Assembly (NCBI GenBank): GCA_016874845.1
Contig: VGSZ01000002.1
Coordinates: forward strand, 7,038 to 71,037
Source: Deltaproteobacteria bacterium
Lineage (GTDB): Bacteria > Myxococcota > UBA727 > VGSZ01
DNA: 64,000 nucleotides
Direction of reading: 5' to 3'
Shown piece after piece: positions 44,935 to 53,857 of this stretch (positions are counted from its first letter, which is position 1; each line of letters begins with the position of its first letter). The translations under genes were made by a program, and so were the position numbers. A model generated the notes under the pieces. It worked only from the letters and a program-made list of their open reading frames with translations, was not told the DNA's origin and ran no database searches.

Positions 44935-45509
44935 GAAGGACGACGACCGACGGCCGCGCGCTGCCGCCCCGTGTCGGGTCGCGCCGCGCGCTGCTGCAGG
45001 CCGGCGCCGCGCTCGGCGCCCTCGCCGCCGCCGGCGCGCTCGGTGCCTGCGCGACGGCGCCCGACCCGACGACGGCGCCCGACGAGGCCTCACACCCGCT
45101 GCTCGGGCTCACCGACTTCGACGGGCGCGCGCTGGCGACGTTGCCCCCGCTGGGCGCGGGGCGCCTCGTGCTCGTCGACTTCTGGGCGAGCTGGTGCGCG
45201 CCGTGCCGGCAGGGCTTCCGCCACCTCGACCAGCTGTACCGCACGTGGCTGTCGCGCGGCCTTCAGATGGTGGCGGTCTCCGTCGACGACGACCCCACCG
45301 CTGCACGCCGCTTCGCCGCCGCCGCCCGGCCGCGCTTCCCGCTGGCGTGGGACCCCGACGCCGCGGTGCGCGAGCGCTTCGGCGTGGTCAACCTGCCCAC
45401 CACGATGCTCTTCGACGGCGACGGCAGCCTCATCGCGCGCCACGTTGGCTTCGACCTCGGCGACCACCGCGCGCTCGAGGAGCACGTGCGGCGTCTGCTC
45501 GGGTCCTGA
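44931..45509 (+). CDS. TlpA-like thiol:disulfide oxidoreductase (redoxin) with Tat-type signal
   Basis: The GTG overlaps the mpl stop (GTGA). SRRALLQAGAALGALAAAGALGAC; VLVDFWASWCAPCRQ; NLPTTMLFDGDGSL. Confidence 0.85.
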   Translation: MRRTTTDGRALPPRVGSRRALLQAGAALGALAAAGALGACATAPDPTTAPDEASHPLLGLTDFDGRALATLPPLGAGRLVLVDFWASWCAPCRQGFRHLDQLYRTWLSRGLQMVAVSVDDDPTAARRFAAAARPRFPLAWDPDAAVRERFGVVNLPTTMLFDGDGSLIARHVGFDLGDHRALEEHVRRLLGS

Positions 45510-45829
45510 CGAGGCCGCCGGACTCGCAACGCCCGGACCGGGCAGGCGATCGTCGGGGCATGCGCGTCGCCGTCGCTCCCCTTCGTCTGTGCGTCGCTCC
45601 CTGCTCCCAACTGCTGCCGGTCGTGGCGGTGAGCCTGCTCTTGCCATCGTGCGTCGCGACCCTCGACGGCGGCGACGGCGACAGCGACGAGGACGCGGTG
45701 GCCTGAGCCGCCCCGCCAATGTCCACGGCGACCACCCCGGCGCGGTCCGCATGCGAATCGCCTTCAGCCCGCTGAGCATGGGCGTGCACACCGCTGCGTG
45801 CGCGCATTCCCCGGCGTCGCGCGACAGGC

Positions 45830-46809
45830 GCCGAGCTGCACGCGGTGACCGAGCACCGCGCAATCCGGCAGCACGCAGCCCTCGTAGCTCGTCGCGTCCT
45901 TCGCCTCGCTGAAGGCGCCGAGCGCCACCAGCGGCAGCGGCTCGTGGGCCGCGCGCACCAACGCTGTCTCCGTCGCTGTCAGCGTCCGCGGCATCCTGCT
46001 CGTCAGCACGATTCCGTTCGCCGCGGCGAGGTCGAGATTCCGCTGCGTCACCAGCGCGCTGTGGCCGACGTAGTGCCATCGTGCTGTCGAGTCGAGGCGG
46101 AGATCCTTCTTCAGATCACCGAGCAGCTCGCTGCTCCACGTCTTGTCCGACGTGTTGCCCGACAGCAGCCGCGCGTTCACCGGCACCCCGTCCACCGCCG
46201 TCGACAAGCCGTACATCATCTGCTTCAAGTCCGGCCGCTGGTCTTTGCCGTGGCCGTACGTGAACGAGATCGCGTCCCGGTGCTCGGGGTGGTTGTGCGC
46301 GCCGCACACCAGGCGCGGCGTCGTGTCGTTGTGCAACCCGGTCGAGCTCCAGCCCCTCGACGTCGATGGCCCGCAGCGCGGCGGCGTTGAAGACCATCTC
46401 GGGACCCGCCTCGAAGAACCGGTCGAGGTGGCGGGCCACCGACGAGTCGTTGAGGTGGTCAGCGTCGACGCCGGCCCCGAGCAACAGCTCGAGCGGCAGC
46501 TCCTCGGCCCAGCTGCGCCAGCGGTAGAGCGGGGCACGACCGGTGACGACGTTGAGCGCCATCGCCTTGAGCGCGAGCCCCGTCGACATCGCCTGCTGCG
46601 GATCCTTGCGGGACGCTCGCGTCGACGACCGCGGTGAGCCCGAGCTCGTCCCAGATCCCGCCGATCACCGGCAGGTGGTCGACGTCGGCAATTTGCAGGA
46701 CGTCCTCGGCGTCGAGGGCGTCGATCCCGAAGAGACCGGGCGAGGGCGTGGTGCGGGTGGGAAGCTTCGGGCAAACACATCATGCCCGAGCGCCGTCGAC
46801 GTCGATCAT
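45830..46809 (-). mobile_element. IS1634-family (IS4-like DDE) transposase remnant, frameshifted and 3'-truncated
   Basis: Pieces lie in three frames: ..DVDHLPVIGGIWDELGLTAVVDA.., ..GLALKAMALNVVTGRAPLYRWRSWAEELPLELLLG..SVARHLDRFFEAG.., ..LHNDTTPRLVCG..ISFTYGHGKDQRPDLKQMMYGLSTAVDGVPVNARLLSGNTSDKTW... The family similarity ends near 45830, well short of a full-length transposase. Confidence 0.7.
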
Positions 46810-47263
46810 CGGTCCGCTCACGTCCCCCGTGGTGTCAGCGTGACGATCCGGCGCGCTCGGTGATGTGACCGCGGGCGGCGCCCGGGAAAATCGTCGGACT
46901 TCGCCAAAGGGGCCCGGGGAACATGTGCTCGGTACCCCGAAGCGAGCGCGCCGGTCTGCACGAGACCGACGGCGGCGAAGCGCCTGGGGCCGCCCGCGCT
47001 GCGCGCCGCTTCCCGGGCGACGTCGGCCACGTGAGCATGGTCACGCCGACGGCGATTGCTGCTGCGTCGACACCGCAGCTGCCTGCTCGCCCTTGCAGGC
47101 CGCTGGCCGCTGGGGGCGGTCTCCGCGCGCCGCGCGGCGCGGACCGCGCGTCAGGACGCAGCGGTCACGCCCGGCGCGTGGTTGGCACGCGCGCTGCTTT
47201 GCCCTGACGCACCGACCGCCACACCGCCCCCGACCACAACCCCACGCCCGACGACGGGCAGAC

Positions 47264-48439
47264 ATGGAGAACGTCATGCGCGCAGCGAAGGCCACCTCTT
47301 TCCGCAAGAACATGCTCCGCATCCTCGGCGTCGGCGCGCTGTCGACCCACCTGGCCGCCGCGCAGGACGACTGCACCATCCGCTTCGTCATCGACATCGC
47401 CGAAGGCGAGGGCGAGGGCGAGGGCGAAGGCGAGGACTTCGACAGCGACGGCGACGGCCTGCTCGACCGCGACGAGCGCGCCTTCGGCACCGACCCGCGC
47501 AACCCCGACACCGACTCCGACGGCCTGCTCGACGGGCAGGAGGCCTGGTGCGCGATCCCGATGGCGGCCGCCCGCGAGGACGCCGGCGCCCCGTCGGTGG
47601 TGGCCGACTGCTGCACCGACCCCCTCAACCCCGACAGCGACTTCGACGGCATCCCCGACGGCGCTGACGACTCGTGCGGCGACGGCTGGCTCGACAGCGA
47701 CGGCGACGGCCTGCTCGACGCCGACGAGCGGGGCTTCGGCACCGACCCGTACAACGCCGACACCGACTTCGACGGCCTGCTGGACAGCAGCGAGGTCTGG
47801 TGCGCCTACACCCTGCCCGTCGAGAGCCAGGACGACGGCGAGCGCCGCGGCAGCGAGGACGCCGCGATGCCGGCGCCGTCGTGCTGCACCGACCCCCTCA
47901 ACCCCGACAGCGACTTCGACGGCATCCCCGACGGCGCCGACGGCACCTGCGACGCGCCGCAGTGGATCGACAGCGACGGCGACGGCCTCGACGACGCCAC
48001 CGAGCAGGCGCTTGGCACCGACCCGTACAACGCCGACAGCGACGGCGACGGCGCTCTCGACGGCCACGAGGTCTGGTGCGTGTCGGTCCAGCCGGTGCCC
48101 GCCGCCGAGGGACAGCGTGACGACCAACGTGACGCCGACGGCTCCATCGAGCGCGCGCCCTCGTGCTGCACCGACCCGCTGAACGCCGACAGCGACTTCG
48201 ACGGCGTGCGCGACGGTGAAGACACCTGCGACGTCGTGGTCGACAGCGACGGCGACGGCCTCGACGACGCCACCGAGGGCCGCCTCGGCACCGACCCGTA
48301 CAACATCGACAGCGACGGCGACCGCCTCGACGACGGCACCGAGCTGGCGCTGGGCCTCGACCCGACCAACCCCGACAGCGACGGCGACGGCGTGCGCGAC
48401 GGCGAGGACGTCAGCAACGAAGGCCGCGAGCGTCGCTGA
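47264..48439 (+). CDS. Secreted thrombospondin-type-3-repeat (Ca-binding) protein with three ~100-aa modules
   Basis: MENVMRAAKATSFRKNMLRILGVGALSTHLAAA signal, then a (EG)5 linker. It carries three ~100-aa modules of D.DGDGLLD..E..FGTDP.N.D.D.DGLLDG.E.WC...CCTDPLNPDSDFDGIPDG, followed by further partial TSP3-type repeats at the C-terminus. Confidence 0.75.
   Translation: MENVMRAAKATSFRKNMLRILGVGALSTHLAAAQDDCTIRFVIDIAEGEGEGEGEGEDFDSDGDGLLDRDERAFGTDPRNPDTDSDGLLDGQEAWCAIPMAAAREDAGAPSVVADCCTDPLNPDSDFDGIPDGADDSCGDGWLDSDGDGLLDADERGFGTDPYNADTDFDGLLDSSEVWCAYTLPVESQDDGERRGSEDAAMPAPSCCTDPLNPDSDFDGIPDGADGTCDAPQWIDSDGDGLDDATEQALGTDPYNADSDGDGALDGHEVWCVSVQPVPAAEGQRDDQRDADGSIERAPSCCTDPLNADSDFDGVRDGEDTCDVVVDSDGDGLDDATEGRLGTDPYNIDSDGDRLDDGTELALGLDPTNPDSDGDGVRDGEDVSNEGRERR
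47402..47436. repeat. Hexanucleotide array encoding (EG)5-6
   Basis: gaaggcgagggcgagggcgagggcgaaggcgag lies just after the signal peptide of the 47264 gene. Confidence 0.85.
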
Positions 48440-48643
48440 CGACACGCCGAGCCCCGGCGCCGCCGGCACCAGGACGGGTCAGGGACCGGCGGCTCGTCCG
48501 CCGGTCGCCTCTTTCCGGGCGCTGCGGCGACTCCGCCCCGTGGGCGCGGATGTAGGTGGACTTCGCACGGCCGGTCAGCCGACGTGCGGTCGGCGGATCC
48601 GAACCGATACGGTCGGTGTGAGAGCACAACGGAGATACGAGCC

Positions 48644-50170
48644 ATGACGACGCGCATCGACGGCAGCTACAACCGCAACACCGCTGGCTCCGTCCACCGG
48701 GCCGAGGGCAACGCGTCGACGAACGCCGCGACCCCGCAGAGCAACGTCGTCAGCCAGGAGGCGCGCCGCGCCGTCGACCCGCAGCGGGCGCACGACGCGC
48801 GCGAGGTCCAGCAGGCGATGAGCCAGATGATCCACGCGCTGATGAGCGGCGGCGTGGGTGGCGGCGGGCGGTCGCGTCGTCGCCGCGGCAAGAAGGCGCG
48901 TCGTGGTCTGCGTCGCGGACCCGGCCAGCTGACGGCGCCCAACGGCACGCAGATCGGCGGCAAGCGCGACGTGCAGACGTTCCTGCGCGTGCAGCAGAAG
49001 CTGGGGGCGTCGCAGGCCCGCTCGATCCCCGCGGGGCAGACGCCGCCGCAGGGCGCCCGCACGCTGACCTTCTCGCCCGAGGAGGCCGCGCGCGTCCGCA
49101 ACGCGCCCAACGCCGAGGCCGCGAAGCAGGAGGTCATCAAGATCCTCGCCGAGCGGACGGGCCAGAGCCTGAGCGGCGACTTCGCCGGCAGCCGCGGCAA
49201 GGGTCCCCAGGGTGGACCCGAGCGCGACGCGCTGAACCAGCTGCTCGGCACGAAGGTCCGCAGCGGTCGCGAGAAGAACGGCACGTCGGCCATGATCTTC
49301 GACCAGATGGCGGGCTCCATCGCCCAGTCGCTGCGCTCGACGAGCAACCACGCCACCACGCAGTCGACCCCGGGCGCCGCCGAGCTCGGGGCGTCCCGCG
49401 CGAGCCAGGGCGACGGCATCATCGTGCCCGGCAACGAGCCACCGGCGGCGGCGCCGCCGTGCGCCGACGGGCCAGAGGCCGTCGACATCAGCGACTTCGC
49501 CGACGCCGCCGACACCGCCGGCGAGCTCATGTCGCCCCTCATCTTCGACCTGCAGGGCCAGGGCCTGCAGATCAAGAAGGGCGAGCGCATCGCCATCGAT
49601 CTCGATGGCGACGGCAAGGGCGAGCTGATCACGAACCTCGACAACGGGCTCGGCCTGCTCGTCTTCGAGGCCATCGACAGCCTCGACGAAGACACCGACG
49701 GCGCCGGCCGCGACTACTTCGGCGACCAGACCGACCTCGCCGGCTACGGCATCCGGTCTCCGCGGGACGACGGCAAGTGGGACAACGGCTTCGCGGCGCT
49801 CCGCGCGCTGTGCGAGTCCTACGAGCTCGTGCACGGCAACAAGCAGCACCTCGACGCGCGCGACCTCGCCTTCCTCGAGGCCGAGGTGGGTCTGCGCATG
49901 CGCATCGATGGCCTCTTCGGCGAAGACCGCACGTTCGCCGAGGTGGGCATCAGCCGCATCAACCTGGGCGACCCGACGAAGGTGCAATCGATCCAGGAGG
50001 CGTCCACGGATCGCTTCGGCAACAAGCTGATGCGCCAGAAGGGAGCCACCTTCCTCGTGGGCGAGCGCGAGCGCCCCTACGCCGACATCTGGTTCTCGGT
50101 CACCCAGCGCAGCCGCGCCGAGAAGCCCGCGCCTGCCCGGCCGTCGGTCGTGACGCCCGCGGCGCGCTGA
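48644..50170 (+). CDS. Hypothetical protein: polar/basic disordered N-half + C-half with DLDGDG-type Ca-binding-like region; no Sec signal
   Basis: GGAGA RBS, ATG at 48644 (MTTRIDGSYNRNTAGS..). C-half SPLIFDLQGQGLQIKKGERIAIDLDGDGKGELITNLDNGLGLLVFE...DNGFAALRAL..LDARDLAFLE..GISRINLG resembles a domain I have seen in RTX-like exoproteins. This assignment is from memory only. Confidence 0.65.
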   Translation: MTTRIDGSYNRNTAGSVHRAEGNASTNAATPQSNVVSQEARRAVDPQRAHDAREVQQAMSQMIHALMSGGVGGGGRSRRRRGKKARRGLRRGPGQLTAPNGTQIGGKRDVQTFLRVQQKLGASQARSIPAGQTPPQGARTLTFSPEEAARVRNAPNAEAAKQEVIKILAERTGQSLSGDFAGSRGKGPQGGPERDALNQLLGTKVRSGREKNGTSAMIFDQMAGSIAQSLRSTSNHATTQSTPGAAELGASRASQGDGIIVPGNEPPAAAPPCADGPEAVDISDFADAADTAGELMSPLIFDLQGQGLQIKKGERIAIDLDGDGKGELITNLDNGLGLLVFEAIDSLDEDTDGAGRDYFGDQTDLAGYGIRSPRDDGKWDNGFAALRALCESYELVHGNKQHLDARDLAFLEAEVGLRMRIDGLFGEDRTFAEVGISRINLGDPTKVQSIQEASTDRFGNKLMRQKGATFLVGERERPYADIWFSVTQRSRAEKPAPARPSVVTPAAR

Positions 50171-50310
50171 AGCCGCGCGGACACGGTGATCGGTCCATCG
50201 CCGTCGAGCACGCCCCTGCGGGCGTGGCCGGCGGCGACGTCGTCTGGGCCGGCGGACTCGGACAGCGACGCCACGCTGGAGCGGTCGAAGGTGCCGCGGC
50301 ACAGCTCATC

Positions 50311-50368
50311 GGCGTCGACCGACGTCGACCGGCGTCGACCGGCGTCGACCGGCGTCGACCGGCGTCGT
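50311..50368. repeat. 10-bp tandem repeat (ggcgtcgacc) x~5.7
   Basis: Read directly from the sequence. It lies between convergent genes and abuts the kinase stop codon. Confidence 0.85.
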
Positions 50369-52053
50369 CAGCGCGTCAGCAGGGCAGCGACGAGGGCGAC
50401 CGCGGTGCCGAACCCGATCAACCACAGCGCGGTGGCCAGCCGCTGCAGCGGCGGCGGGACCACCAGCGGCAGCGGCGCGCCGGCGACGACCAGCGCCCGC
50501 CGCGACGCAAACGCCAACGGCGCGGGCGGCGACGACCGCGGCGAGTCGTCGTCGCGAAGGAACGCGCTGAGCACCTCCTCGAGAGGTTCGGCGCGCCGCG
50601 TGCCGCGCGCGACCCCGCGCCCCCACGCCGTGGTGTCAGCGGTGACGATCGCATCGAACACCCGCGGCGACGCGCTGGCCGGCGACGCGGTCGCAGGGGG
50701 CGGGGGCAGCGACGCGGTCGCAGGGGACGGCGACGACGACGATGGCGCCCACTCGGAGAACGTCGTCTCGGGCGGCAGCGCGAAGTCGCCGCCAGCGAGC
50801 AGCAGCGCGTCGGCGGCGGCGAGGACCAGCCGCGGCGCCCACAGCGTCTTGTCCTGCAGGATGGCGCTGCGCGCGCGGGCGGCGGCGGCGGCGAAGGCGT
50901 CGCCCTCTTGGACGTGGTGCTGCTGGTTCTCGAGCGCGAGCAGCGAGGCGGCGTAGTCGCGCCGGTCGTCGGCAGCGGTGCGGCCGGGGCGCGGCGCCGA
51001 CGACAACGACGAGGACGACGGGGGCGCGGCGGCGAACGAGTCGTCGACGCCTGCGATGAGCGGCAGCAGCGAGAACGGCTGCTCGTGCACGTCGGGGAGG
51101 AAGCCCGACGTCTCGTTGGCGTCGAGCACCATCGGCACGGCGTCGGTGGCGGCGTCGGCACGGGCGCGGGCGACGAACACGGCGGCGCGGGCGTCGGCGG
51201 CGGAGGCGCGGCCCTGCTCGCGGGCCATAGCCTTCTCGTGCATCGCGAAGACGGCGGCGACGTCGCGAGCGCAGCGCGGGCGGTCGTCGGGGCGCTTCTG
51301 CAGCAGGCGGGCGATGGCTCGCAGCACGCGCGGGTCGGGGTCCTCGCCGGGCAGCAGCTCGGTCAGGTCGCCGACGCAGATGCGGCCCATGGCGAGGACG
51401 TCGTTGCCGGTGACGGCGGGGCGCCCCACCAGCGCCTCGAACAGCACGACGCCGAGGCTCCACAGGTCGGACTGCATCGAGTAGCCGGCGCCGGCGAAGA
51501 CCTCGGGCGCAAGGTAACGCAGCGTGCCGCGCACGAGGCCGGCGTCGGTGCGCACCGCGCGGCTGTCGTGTGCGCGGGCGATGCCGAGGTCAACCAGGCG
51601 GGCCTCGCCGTCGTCGCCGAGCAGGCAGTTGGCGGCGGTGACGTCGCGGTGCAGCACGCCGAGCGGGCGGCCCGCTTCGTCGACGATCCCGTGGATCGCG
51701 CCGAGGGCGGCGCCAAGCTGTCGACCAAGCCGGCACACCACCGACGGCGGCAGCGGTCCGCAGCGACGCAGCTGGAGCAGTTCCATGCCCTGCACGAAGG
51801 CGGTGACGAGCACCGGGCGGCGCTGGCCTCGCTCGTCGTCGACCTCGAGCAGCTCCACGGTCTCGACCACGCCGGGGTGGCGCAGGCGCAAGCCCACGCG
51901 GGCCTCGTCGCGCAGCCGCTCGTCGTCGTCGTCGTCGTCGCGCAGGCAGCTCTTCAACACGACCAGACGGCCGTCTGTGGCGCGGGCCAGACGCGCTCGG
52001 CCCATGCCGCCGGCGCCGAGCTCTGCCCGGATCTCGTAGGGTCCGACCTTCAT
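50368..52053 (-). CDS. Eukaryote-like Ser/Thr protein kinase with C-terminal TM anchor
   Basis: Start MKVGPYEIRAELGAGGMGRARLA at 52053. VVLK, HRDVTAANCLL, DLGIA, GTLRYLAPE, DLWSLGVVLFE. A long low-complexity region is followed by the TM segment LATALWLIGFGTAVALVAALL. Confidence 0.9.
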   Translation of the reverse strand: MKVGPYEIRAELGAGGMGRARLARATDGRLVVLKSCLRDDDDDDERLRDEARVGLRLRHPGVVETVELLEVDDERGQRRPVLVTAFVQGMELLQLRRCGPLPPSVVCRLGRQLGAALGAIHGIVDEAGRPLGVLHRDVTAANCLLGDDGEARLVDLGIARAHDSRAVRTDAGLVRGTLRYLAPEVFAGAGYSMQSDLWSLGVVLFEALVGRPAVTGNDVLAMGRICVGDLTELLPGEDPDPRVLRAIARLLQKRPDDRPRCARDVAAVFAMHEKAMAREQGRASAADARAAVFVARARADAATDAVPMVLDANETSGFLPDVHEQPFSLLPLIAGVDDSFAAAPPSSSSLSSAPRPGRTAADDRRDYAASLLALENQQHHVQEGDAFAAAAARARSAILQDKTLWAPRLVLAAADALLLAGGDFALPPETTFSEWAPSSSSPSPATASLPPPPATASPASASPRVFDAIVTADTTAWGRGVARGTRRAEPLEEVLSAFLRDDDSPRSSPPAPLAFASRRALVVAGAPLPLVVPPPLQRLATALWLIGFGTAVALVAALLTR

Positions 52054-52663
52054 CGGGCGCTCCGGGGAACGCCTTATCGTGTCGACCGGCAACGACGACG
52101 GATGAAAGCGAGACAGGGCCCAGTGCAGGCGTTGCTCTTCGCGAAACGGCATCTTGTCGACGTGGGAGCCGCGGTCCGGGCTCCGGCCGGACGGATCCGG
52201 TGATGGCGCGCACGGCGGTCACGGGCGCGGCGGTCTGCCGGCGAGCCTCCCGGCCAGGCGGCGACGAAGCGATCGACGTCCAGGAGCTCGTGCAGCGCCA
52301 TCGTCAGTTGTTCGAGGTCGTCGCCGCCGGCGGGCTCGCGGCGCGAGACGAAGGACAGGCCCGCCTGCAGCGACGTCAGCGGCCAGCGCGCCAGGTCGTC
52401 GGGCGCGCGAGGCGTCGGCATCGACCCGGATGACGGCCGCACTGGCAGCGACGTGGACGGCGACGGTGACGCAGCCTCGTCGGCGGCCTGCTAGACGTCA
52501 CCCGCCGGCGTCGAGCAAGCGACCATGAGCGAGAGGGCAGCGGCGAGGGGCGGGGCGAGGCGGGCGCTCGCGAGGCCACGACCGCAGCGACGATGACGAA
52601 GGGTTCGCGCGGCGCGCCCGGTGCGGCCAGCGAGCGCCCGCGACGAGGCCAGCGCGGCGGAGC

Positions 52664-53770
52664 TCAGGTCGCCGTCGACGCCGGAGCCGGCGCGAGCACG
52701 GCGAGCCATTCGTCGAGGTCGGCGCGCAGGCCGGCGTCGGGGTCGCCGGCGGGGCCGAACAGCAAGCCCTCGAGCGAGTACAGCGTGACGTCGTCGAAGC
52801 CGAGGGCGCGCACGGCGCTGAGATCGTGGCGCAGGTGCGCGGGGCTGGCGTACGTCGGCTCGTCGCCGAGCAGGCCCGTCGACAGGGGTCCGAGGCAGAT
52901 GGCCTCGCCGCGCTCCTTGTGGCGGGCGGCCCACAGGCTGAGCGCGCGGTGCTGGGCGTCGCGGTCGGCGCCGCGGCGGGCGAGGATCGGGGCGTAGCAG
53001 AGCGCGGCGGTGCGCGCGAACAGCGGCGCGCCGTCGTCGTCGACGGCGGGGCAGCCGAGCAGCCAGTGCAGCGCGGCGTCCCCGGCGGGGGCGTCGAGCG
53101 GCAGCACCGGCGGGGGCACGGCGGCGACGACGGCGAAGGGCAGCGCCTTCAGGTCTGACAAGAGCTCCCGCAGGTCACGGCGCCCCTGACGCGCGTCCCA
53201 GAGCGCGCCGGCAACGCCGCCCACCAGCTGCGCGAGCCCGCGCGCGCGCTGCCACACCGGCCGGGCGTCGGCCGCCGCCCACGCGCCCTCGAGCAGGTCG
53301 AGCGTCGGCTCGACGTCGAGAAACAGCCCGGGGTGGGCGCCGTCATCGTGGGTGGCCAGCTGGTCGGCCAGCGCGTGCAGCAAGGGCAGCAGGCGCTCGT
53401 GGAAGCGCCGCGCCGTGCGCGTGTTCAGGAAGCGATCGGCGTCGGGCAGCTGCGGCCACACGTCGAGAGCGATGCGCTGGCGCGCCAGCGTCGCCGCGGC
53501 GTCGGCCACGGCCCGGGCCCGCGCCCGGGCCACCCCGGCGTCGGCGTCGAGCTCGACGACGGCGACGACGCGGACGTCGCGCTCGGGCGACCGCAGCCGC
53601 GCGAGGCCTTCGCGGGCCAGCGACGACAGCAGCGCGGCCAGCGGGTCGACGCCGCGCTGCCGTCGCGCGGCCACGAGCTCCCAGCACAGGCGCAGCGTCT
53701 CACGGCCGCGGGCGCGCGCCGGCGTCAGGTCGACGTCGGGTCGCTCGGGGATCACGGTGCCGTGGGCCAC
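52664..53770 (-). CDS. Hypothetical protein
   Basis: The protein-like part of the long ORF 52664..54700 (..LRLCWELVAARRQRGVDPLAALLSSLAREGL...GLFLDVEPTLDLLEG...LGDEPTYASPAHLRHDLSAVRALGFDDVTLYSLEGLLF). Only GTG starts are available (53770 or 53755). No family recognised. Confidence 0.5.
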   Translation of the reverse strand: MAHGTVIPERPDVDLTPARARGRETLRLCWELVAARRQRGVDPLAALLSSLAREGLARLRSPERDVRVVAVVELDADAGVARARARAVADAAATLARQRIALDVWPQLPDADRFLNTRTARRFHERLLPLLHALADQLATHDDGAHPGLFLDVEPTLDLLEGAWAAADARPVWQRARGLAQLVGGVAGALWDARQGRRDLRELLSDLKALPFAVVAAVPPPVLPLDAPAGDAALHWLLGCPAVDDDGAPLFARTAALCYAPILARRGADRDAQHRALSLWAARHKERGEAICLGPLSTGLLGDEPTYASPAHLRHDLSAVRALGFDDVTLYSLEGLLFGPAGDPDAGLRADLDEWLAVLAPAPASTAT

Positions 53771-53857
53771 GCCGCCGCGATAGCCGACGGATCCGGGTTT
53801 GGGGAGCGGCCTTGCGCCCGGTTGCCGGGCCCCACGCGCGGCGTCACCGTGACAGCC

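Noticed and set aside
45560-45706. A 48-codon ORF with a lipoprotein-like leader (MRVAVAPLRLCVAPCSQLLPVVAVSLLLPSC..).
   Set aside because: It is very short, has no clear RBS, sits in the decayed region next to the IS remnant, and has no mature domain. It could equally be the stump of a truncated gene.
52074-52620. A minus-strand frame reads ..WPLTSLQAGLSFVSRREPAGGDDLEQLTMALHELLDVDRFVAAW.., reminiscent of the start of an NRPS condensation domain. It is preceded by a lipoprotein-like leader (..LAAALSLMVAC) and an in-frame TAG at 52491-52493.
   Set aside because: The similarity covers only about 45 residues and is followed by non-protein-like sequence. The leader has no usable start codon, and no other NRPS features are nearby. 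It is most likely junk or a remnant, so it is not annotated as a gene.
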